This document shows, piece by piece, positions 53,903 through 64,000 of a stretch of DNA of 64,000 nt. Below the pieces are notes generated by a model. It was not told where the DNA came from and did not search any database. It saw only the letters and a list, made by a program, of their open reading frames with translations. Origin of the DNA: the human T2T-CHM13v2.0 reference genome, Homo sapiens. Both the position numbers and the translations under genes were made by a program. Within the stretch, counting starts at the first letter, position 1. Every line of letters starts with the position of its first letter. The DNA lies in assembly GCF_009914755.1 (NCBI RefSeq), contig NC_060928.1; one strand, written 5' to 3'.

Positions 53903-54224
53903 TTTTGTTTTTTTGTTTGTTTTTTTGTTTGTTTTTTTAAGACAGAGTCTCACTCTGTCACCCAGGTTGGAGCGCAGTGGCGCAATCTTGGCTCACTGTA
54001 AGATCCACCTTCTGGGTCATGCCATTCTCCTGCCTCAGCCTCCCCAGTAGCTGGGACTACAGGCACCCACCACCACACCTGGCTAATTTTTTTGTTTTGT
54101 ATTTTTAGTACAGATGGGGTTTCACTGTGTTAGCCAGGGTGGTCTCAATCTTCTAACCTCGTGATCCACCCGCCTCAGCCTCCCAAAGTGCTGGGGTTAC
54201 AGGCGTGAGCCACCGTGCCCAGCC
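53903..54224 (-). mobile_element. Alu (Y/Sc-like)
   Basis: Antisense dimer. Confidence 0.9.
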
Positions 54225-55009
54225 ACAGAGCTTGTTTTTAATGATTTCATGACAGTCCATTGTCTAGAGGTCGCATGATTGATTTAACCAGTTTCTTATT
54301 TATGGGTATTTACTTTTTAAATTTTTTTCATAAATGGTTTTGATGGATATCTTTATTCATATGTCTTTGCTCACTGTATGCATCAAGATTGTTTTAGTTC
54401 CAAGTATCAGAAAAACTGATTAACAGAAACTTAATGAATAAAGACACTTAATTTTCTCTCTTAAGTGTGGAGGCACAGTTTCTGCTTTGGGTGAAGCCAT
54501 TCAATGACATCATCTAGATCCTAAGATTTTTCGATTTTCCTGCTCCGCCATCATCAGCGAGTTGGGATTTCATTCCTTTGACATCGCACAGTTTCAGGAT
54601 GAGTGCCATGGTTTTAGGCCTCATACTGGGATGACAGCTGAAATAAAGGCCTTACGTGAAAAGATTGATCCTTAGACATTAGCTGTTCTCTCAGCAGATC
54701 TGGCCTCATTGGCCAGAATTCTATCTGGTGAAGGGGAACAGAATCACCAACACTGGTTTTAGTCTAATCACAGTTCATCCCCTGGGGAAAAGGAGAGGCC
54801 TAACTTCCCCGAAGACAGGTGGTCTCCACTTCCACATGAATGTAACATCTGGGTTCTGTTAGCAGAACCATCTGTTCTGCTAGCAGGGAATAAGCGGACA
54901 ATCGCTGTTGGGTATTGGACATCAGTGTTTGCCATATTTATTTGTGCAAGTTTGTCAGTGGGGAAAATTCCTAGATGCAAAATTTCTAGATCAAAGAGTA
55001 ATGATTTTT

Positions 55010-55345
55010 GGAGGGCATTTCTTTTATTGTGTTTATAAACATATATCATAAACTTTACCATTATAGCTGTACAGAGCTCAGTGGCATTAAGCGCATTCAC
55101 ATTGTTGTACAACCATCATCACTATCCATTTCCAGAACTTTTCCATCATCCCAGATGGACACTCTGTACTGGCCATCCTTCCCTATGCCCAGACCCAGAT
55201 AACTTTAAATCTTCTTTCCATCTCTGTTAGTTTGACTGCTCTAGGTACCTCACATAAGTGGAATAATGCAATATTTGTCATCTTGGGTCTGGCTTTATTT
55301 TACTTACTATGTTTTCAGGGCTAACTGATAAGGTAGCATGTATCA
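55010..55345 (-). mobile_element. L1MB-like 3' end
   Basis: cagtggcattaagcgcattcacattgttgtacaaccatca...ctaggtacctcacataagtggaat. Confidence 0.75.
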
Positions 55346-55556
55346 GAGGGGTAACTGCATTTTAAATGTGGAAGATGTTGTCAGGTTACACCACAAAAAG
55401 TTGGATGGTTTATAGTTCCAGCACTAGTGAATGAATGCCCTAGTTTTTCCATAGTCTTATCAAGACTGCTTACAACCACACATTTTAACATTTGCTAATA
55501 TGAAAGGTATAAAATAATATCTCATGTATAATTGCTTTAAAAATTATTACTGAGCA

Positions 55557-55846
<290 letters not shown>

Positions 55847-56314
55847 TTATTACTAAGCTTTTTTTATTTCTGTTTGTATCCTTTCATTATTTTGAGGCAG
55901 TCATCTTTTTATGAATTCACCATGACAATGAATATTTGTCTGTTTTATGTCTTACAAATACTTTTTTTTGGAAAATAATTTTTTTTAATCATCTGTCCAG
56001 GGTTCACCTAAACTCATATTTTAAAAAAGTATAGCACACTTTACTCATCTTTTCCTTTATGGCAGCTGGGTTTTGCTCAGAGAGGTATTTCTAAATCCAA
56101 TATTTATAAAAAGAAAAAAAGTTTCTAGTTATTTTTTATTTCATTTTCGCATAACTTTGATCCAAATGGAATTTATTTTGGTGTGAAATAGGACTTCAAC
56201 TTTACCCCCCTCTAATGAATTGTTCACTTTCTGGGGGCTGATCTTAAGCTTTTAGTTTTGAAAAAAGCTGCATAAAATCACCACACGGAACTAAGTCACA
56301 CGTGTTCATGTTGA

Positions 56315-56557
<243 letters not shown>

Positions 56558-58386
56558 TAAGAGAGTGAAGTGCTGTTTCTTAGAAACTGAGCCTTCTACT
56601 TTGGAGAGAGGGGAGCTTCTCTTTGCCCTGACTTCATATTCCCTTTCCCCCTCCTTATGTGGCCACCTTATAGCAAGGACAGGGTCATGGATGCTGCCTA
56701 AACTGGAGAGCCTATGCAGAGGGAAACTAAAAAAAATATTGCCCCCAAACTCATCCCTTCATCACTGTCCATGGGCCTAGAGTGTGTTATCTCCCTGCCT
56801 CCCCAGGCACAGGTAAATCTTGGCCAACCTCTCTAGGAGTTTCTGACCAGAGGACAGAATGGCTGGCGGTGGGGAAGGCAGGAGAGAGCCAAGAAAGAGA
56901 GAAACAGGCAGATGGACAAATGGACACGTCCCTGGGCCCAGGAAAAGCTTCTTGAGGCTCTGTGCCTTGGCTTGTTTTCTATAAATGGGCATAACCACAG
57001 CACCTCCCTCAGGGTTGTATATGGATGAGAGAGCCTACGTTCGCTCAGAAGAGTTCCTGGCAACAGTAAGCACTTTAAAAGCATCATTAGTACTCAAAAT
57101 GAGGTACTTGTTTTGTCATTCTTTTCAGACACTTGCATTTACCAAGAAAGATAATTTTTCTCTTTCGGGAAAGGGTGTGTGTTTCTGTTTCTCTTCCCCA
57201 CACCCTCCTAAATATGAAGGAGACTGCGCCTGCAGGCAGAGGTAGTCCAGCTCACATGCTCCCCTCCAGGACTCCCCTCTGCTCTGGGGAGCAGTGGGAG
57301 AGGAGGTTGGTGGCCCTAGCTTGTGGTGTCCCTTCTCCCCCACCTCCTGGTGGCACAGGGCAGCAGACAGGACAGCAAGAAGGGAAACACGTGCCTTAGG
57401 ATTTTTCCTCTTTGGAAGGCCCAGGGCCCGCTTACCTGTGGGTGTGCCCAGCTTCTGCCCTTGGCTTTGGTTCTTACGCAGCGCAGAGGGTGTCTGCTTC
57501 TTGAAGTCCTTAAACCTGTACAGTCACCTTTCTTTCTCAAAGCACCTCAATTCCTATTTTTGGATGTACCATCATAGTTGCTGCGTGCCACATAGCAAGT
57601 AGTGTAGAAGCTATGATCTCCATTTGACAGAAAAAACGAGGTAAGTCACTTGATGAGACACCTGTCCCAAGTCACCCTGTGATCTCCCACCTCCGGGAAC
57701 GCTTGCGCACGATAATGTCCGCCGAGTCTGGAAACCGCATGTTGGGGGCCTGAACTATGACGCTCACTGCGTCTCGAGCCTCTGGGTGACTTCGGCCAAA
57801 TTAATCACCTTGTTATGTCTGCCTCCTGAATACTTAAAGTGGGAAAAATGGCACTTGCCAATAATCCCTCCTTTACTGAAATATTTGGAAGAACAAATGG
57901 CATAATGTTTGTGAATGTGATTTTTACTGAAGAATTGCTTTTCAAAAAATTATTTAGAATATTAAGGATTTATCTCTAATTTCCAATAGAATCTACAATA
58001 AGGGTAGACATGTACAATTATACAACAGAATTATAAGATCTTCAAATCATGACATAATAACTATATCAGGAATGGCTAATAGTAACATTGATGATAAAAC
58101 CTTTTATTGGAGTCTAAACAGTTTGAGGAGATACTTTTTAGTTAAAATGAGATTTTTAGTGACTGTATTTATTCAAGAGGACTATTGATTTGTTCATATC
58201 ATCTCCTATTCTAATTATTTGCAACTATGGGGTTTTTGTTTTTAAAAAGAATGAAGTCACTCAAAGAGTAATAATATAATCTCTCTCTCTCATTCTGCTA
58301 TTTATTTAGTTTTGTTCCTCTTTATCTGTTAGTGTGTTCTCTCTTTTCTGTGAGGCTGGCCTGAGTTATTATTTAAAGGAAACTAA

Positions 58387-58737
<351 letters not shown>

Positions 58738-59927
58738 TGATAACGCAGCAGTGAGAGGGAGGGAACGCTTGCAGTTGCTTTGTTTGTTGCAGCAAACACA
58801 CTTTGTCTGGCTCAACCTAACACATTAAGTCAGGCCCCAGGGTGGACAGTGAGAGCTGTGCTGCAATACCAAAAAACAGCATACACCTCTTCCCCCAACA
58901 TTTACTAGTCCTCACAATATTTCTGCTGTTTTCCTTAGTCCCCTGAAGCTACGCAGGGAGCACAAAAAAGAAATGAGCTTTTCTTCGTCTTTTCTCATAA
59001 AAACGCATCCAGTTTTTATTGTTACTTTTCATAGTAGGTAGGTGGCTCTTTGCAACCTGGGTTGGAGAACAGAATCAGGAATCACTGTTTCAATGGGAAG
59101 GGATTTTTCCTTGCTCACTACATGGCTTTATATTCCATTAGTCCATGAACTCCTGAAAAAAGAAAAGAAAAGCAACAAAACAAAGGAAAACCACTAGCCA
59201 GCTAGAGGCTGTTTGACCTATCTGAAAATCCCTGGTGGTATGGAACTCCTTTTTGTTGTTTATTTCTAGTTAAGTGCTATGAACACAAGCACTCGTAAAA
59301 GCATCCAGACACATGCACACAAGACCCTACCCTTAATCCATTCATTCTCCTCTTCGCTTATTCTTTCCTTTACTCTTTGCTAATATGTTAAGGCCAGAAT
59401 CCAATCAGAATCCCTGCCTCTTCTCAGTCTAGCAGACCCAGGTACAGAGACAGTGGGGACCACCCTCCATTCTCTGCCTTTGCCCCACAACCTTTGTCTT
59501 CTTCTATTACCCAGCACAACTCCTCCAACCTTCCCACCAAGACACTCCTAAAAGCAGAGTAAAGATCTCGGAGCCTGAGACCATGGCCTGGAGAAGACCC
59601 TGCACCCCTGACATATGTTTGAAATCTCATGTTTTATTTTATGAATGATGCAAGTATCATGTTTTAATCCCAAGTATAACCATGTTTGTTTGAACATGAA
59701 TATGAATAAAAGTGAAGCTTCAGGAAGAAGTGTCATGTGGAGCCTTGGGCCTTTCTATGCCTGACTCCGCTGGAAACCTTGTCCGCTGGGGGTTGCAGCC
59801 TCCAGCCCAAGCAGTTTACAGGGTAACCTCCTCATTACACTGCCCACATTCCTCTCCTTCTGGCCCCAGCCTGTCTTCCCCATTTGTTCCACTACCCAAA
59901 CCCTAGTGATTCCCAAAGGAAAAAGAA

Positions 59928-60000
59928 ACATGTATGTATGCTTGTGCACGCATGTATGTATTTATGTGCATGCGTGTGTGCATGTGTGTGTGTATGTATT
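59928..60000. repeat. Degenerate (TG/TA/CA) alternating repeat
   Basis: Directly visible. Confidence 0.75.
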
Positions 60001-60012
60001 CTGGGAAGTTTG

Positions 60013-60088
60013 TCTTTGTACAGTTAAGAAATCTATTTCACCTTATTTCATCTAATAAAGTGAAATAGGTTTCTTAACTGTACAAAGA
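60013..60088. repeat. Near-perfect inverted repeat (35-bp stem, 6-nt loop)
   Basis: tctttgtacagttaagaaatctatttcaccttatt-tcatct-aataaagtgaaataggtttcttaactgtacaaaga. Confidence 0.95.
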
Positions 60089-60348
60089 ATTCGTAGGCAA
60101 GTATAAATTATAAATTTTCAAAATTGGGAAATTAGTATATTGTATATCTGAAACTTATCTCCCAATAGACCAAGACACTTTGAGTCCTCCTCCACCCCAT
60201 TAGGTATGGTCTACTTTTATATTTTAGTGCCTTCCCTTCTGACACTTCCTCAAACTGGACTGTTCCACACAACAGTTCTCTGCGTCTTTCAAGGCACAGT
60301 TCAAATATCTCCTTTGTGAAACTTTTCCTTATACTTCTTGGTAGGCAA

Positions 60349-60710
60349 GTATCTTAGTCTATTCCAGCTGCTATGACAAAACATCCTAGACTGAATAATT
60401 TATAAACAATAGAAATGTATTGCCTACATTCTGGAGGTTGGGAAGTCCAAGATGAAGGCACCATCAGAATAAGTGTCTGGTGAGGGAGGGATGATCTGTG
60501 CCTCAACAATGGTGCGTTCTTGCTGTCTTCACATGGTGGAAGGGGTGAACAAGCTCCCTCAGTCCCCTTTTATAAGGCTACTAATCCCATTCATAAGGGC
60601 TCCACCCTCATGACTTAAGCACCTGCTAAAAACCCCACCTCTTTACACTATTGCATTGGGGATTTGATTTCAACATATGAATTTTGAGGGGGGCACATTA
60701 AGACCATAGC
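60349..60710 (-). mobile_element. MaLR LTR (MST/MLT1A-like)
   Basis: tcttagtctattccagctgctatgacaaaa...gggaagtccaagatgaagg...agaccatagc. Confidence 0.8.
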
Positions 60711-60741
60711 GGCAAATATAATTGCTTCCTTAGCTCTGGTA

Positions 60742-61043
60742 TTAATTGATTAATTAATTAATTTTGAGACAGAATCTCTCTCTGCTACCCAGGCTGGAGT
60801 GCAGTGATGCAGTCTCAGCTCACTACAACCTCCACCTCCTGGGTTCAAACGATTCTCCTGCCTCAGCCTCCAAGTAGCTTGGAATTACAGGCATGCACCA
60901 CTGCACCCTGCTAACTTTGGTATTTTTAGTAGAGAGACAGGGTTTCCCCACGTTGGCCAGGCTGGTCTCGAACTCCTGACCTTAGGTGATCTACTTGCCT
61001 TGGCTTCCCAAAGTGCTGGGATTACAGGCGCGAGCGCCCGGCC
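60742..61043 (-). mobile_element. Alu (S-like) with a (TTAA)n tail
   Basis: Antisense dimer. Confidence 0.9.
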
Positions 61044-62089
61044 TCTTTATTAATTTAGGTAGTTTGACATGTAAGGGTGTCTCTTCCCAGTTTTGAGTTC
61101 AGGGACACCAATTACAAGTCTGCATTATGTTTGCATCTCCAACAACTATAACAATACCCAGCACACAGCGGGTCTGCAGGAAATATCCAAATGCTCTTAG
61201 AGTTCAGGCAGGAATTTGAAACTATCAGTTTGCCATGTTCTGTATGTCTGGGCTAGGCTGCTTTATTCTTCACCTCAACGTTTTTGAGTGTTAAAAACAT
61301 TGGAGCAAAGGGGTACCTCCTCCACCCCCATAAAGAACCTGGAGCCCTGGCCAGAGAAACTTCTGCCAACACTGTTTTGGTCAATGCCATCATGTCATCC
61401 TCATCATCATTGTGGTAAACCCTCTGTGCATGTTGCCTGTGTACCTGTGTGCCAGGCACCTGCTTCACGCTTCCACCTCAATGAGTTCATGTCAACCCCT
61501 CAGCAATCCTATGCTGGCCTCATTTTGCAAATGAAGAAACTAATGCTCTGGGAGGACTTCCCCAAAGCCAGAAATTAGTGGACGACTGAACCCAGAAAAG
61601 AATCTGACTCTAAAACCTGCACTTGCTTGCTTGCTGCTCCATGTGAAGCTCTTTCTCATGCTCTGGGCTGTCAGGTTAGCCAGTCACAAATGGGAAATTA
61701 GATGGTGGAGGGCATTGAAGGGCAGTGATCTCGTCTCTTCTCATAGCAGATGTTCAAGTCATTATCACCAGAGAAAGAAACTTTGAGTGTTAATATTAGG
61801 GCAAGAAAGATCTAGGGCTTTGAAAAGTCTTGATTTGTGGGATTTCACTCCTTTTTCTAGCTAGAAGCAGTTTTTGGCAGAGGTGAAATAAATATGGTGG
61901 TCACAGTGCTTTCTGTGTTCCCTGAATGGTGGCTGTTAAGAAGGTACAAGCCCAGACAGGCCAGGGACTCACTCTCTAAAAAGATATAAGCCCTTGCGTG
62001 GTCAGGGGCTTGTATGATCAGGCAGGTCATCTTTATGCTGACACTTTTAAGTGCCTCACACTTAATGGTCTCTCCTTGAGGCATATTAG

Positions 62090-62500
<411 letters not shown>

Positions 62501-62969
62501 TAAGGGTGATGGGTGGGCCATTCAGGACAGGTGATGGGACTAGGATGAACACTGGAGTGCATCATGTGGAGTCTGACAAAAAAGATCTCAGCCATATTTT
62601 TTCTTAAGTGTGTGAAAAACCCAGGATGTAGCAGGGCTACTTGTCAGAAGGACTGGGTATGTTAATTACCCAGGGAAATTATTTTCTTGGATGGGGTGAG
62701 ATCTCTGAGGTGCTGTTATAAGTAAAACTTTAAAAGTGACTTTTTATATTTTAAATATATTTATAATAACAACATAGAAATGTATATTTTATATAAAATA
62801 ATAAGCGACAGCATTTGGTGAGTTCTTTGCCACCATTCTCACTCATCTCTCCCCTTCCTCTTCTCTATGGTTCCTGACTCCAAAATCAGAAGTTTTTCAA
62901 GTGAATCTGTTGCCATCTGCATACACAACTGTGGTAGGAAACATTGCTTTTTGGTCCAAAACTTAATGA

Positions 62970-63074
<105 letters not shown>

Positions 63075-63881
63075 TGAACTGTGAAGTGGGCTTGTGACTG
63101 GTATTTTGATCCTAGAATGGTCAGTTTCAGGCTGGGAAATCAGAGCTATTAGACTAGTAGCCAAAGTTAGAGAGAAGAAGGCAAAGTACAATATACACAC
63201 AGTGTCTTTCTACTAATCAATACCTTTCCATTATATGCAGTGTCTCTGAAGTGATCGGCAATTGTAGAAATTGATGTTTTAGTGACTTGTCTTCTCACTT
63301 AGCCACAGTTAATAATTACTCTCTTCTCTCCTCCTCTATCCCTCCTTCATAACATTGACCTCAAAATGCCATGTATGGTCCCAGAAGTTAGATCAATGGT
63401 CAATATAAAATATAAATGCCCACTGATTTACTATTCCTTTGAAGTCTTAGAAGGAACACAAAATAAAACAAGGTGTAATGTTCTTACTTACATTTCTCAG
63501 AACCTACAGTGAGGTTAAATGGTCCCTCTTGCATGGGTCCTATCATAAGAAGACACACTCAAATCTCTCAGCCATAGAAGATGATGCAATCACCCATTGA
63601 TATTTTGGTTTGGAAGCCACTTAAAGGACCCTAAGCTTATTCTTGTAACTGGCTTCCTTGTTCTCTGTGGGGTTTCCATTAGCTACCCCATCCCCATCAA
63701 TAACAAGTGCATTTGTATCTAGTTGGGCATTTTACTTTGAGCTCCTTTAGTAGCAAGAAAGAGACTGGGTTTTTAGCTGCCTCCTGGGAGTCTTTAAGGA
63801 ACCCCAGTTAGTTACAAAGTTCAGTGGCAGCTTAGGAGGAAGACCAGTACCTTTGACTCTTTTTTCCCTTTGTTTTTCTAG

Positions 63882-64000
<119 letters not shown>

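Overview
Primate, almost certainly human, genomic DNA: CpG-depleted, rich in Alu/L1/MaLR repeats, and carrying a human-lineage AluYb8. It contains two + strand genes that I reconstructed by hand from splice sites. (1) LSM6 is complete: CpG-island promoter at about 9.6-10.4 kb, a non-coding first exon, and three coding exons giving the 80-aa Sm-like protein. (2) The 5' part of a poorly characterised gene encoding a signal peptide plus a reeler domain, which I recognise as REELD1; six phase-consistent coding exons run from 50930 off the window end. The rest is intronic or intergenic, with many nested transposable elements. Nearly all ORFs in the supplied track are spurious (Alu, L1, simple repeat or GC-rich). 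I see no solid evidence for a wholly new biological system. The best leads are a near-perfect 76-nt intronic hairpin, REELD1 itself with a possible stop-free exon circle, young and repeated retrotransposon insertions, and two short diverged local duplications. Repeat subfamily names and boundaries are by eye and approximate.
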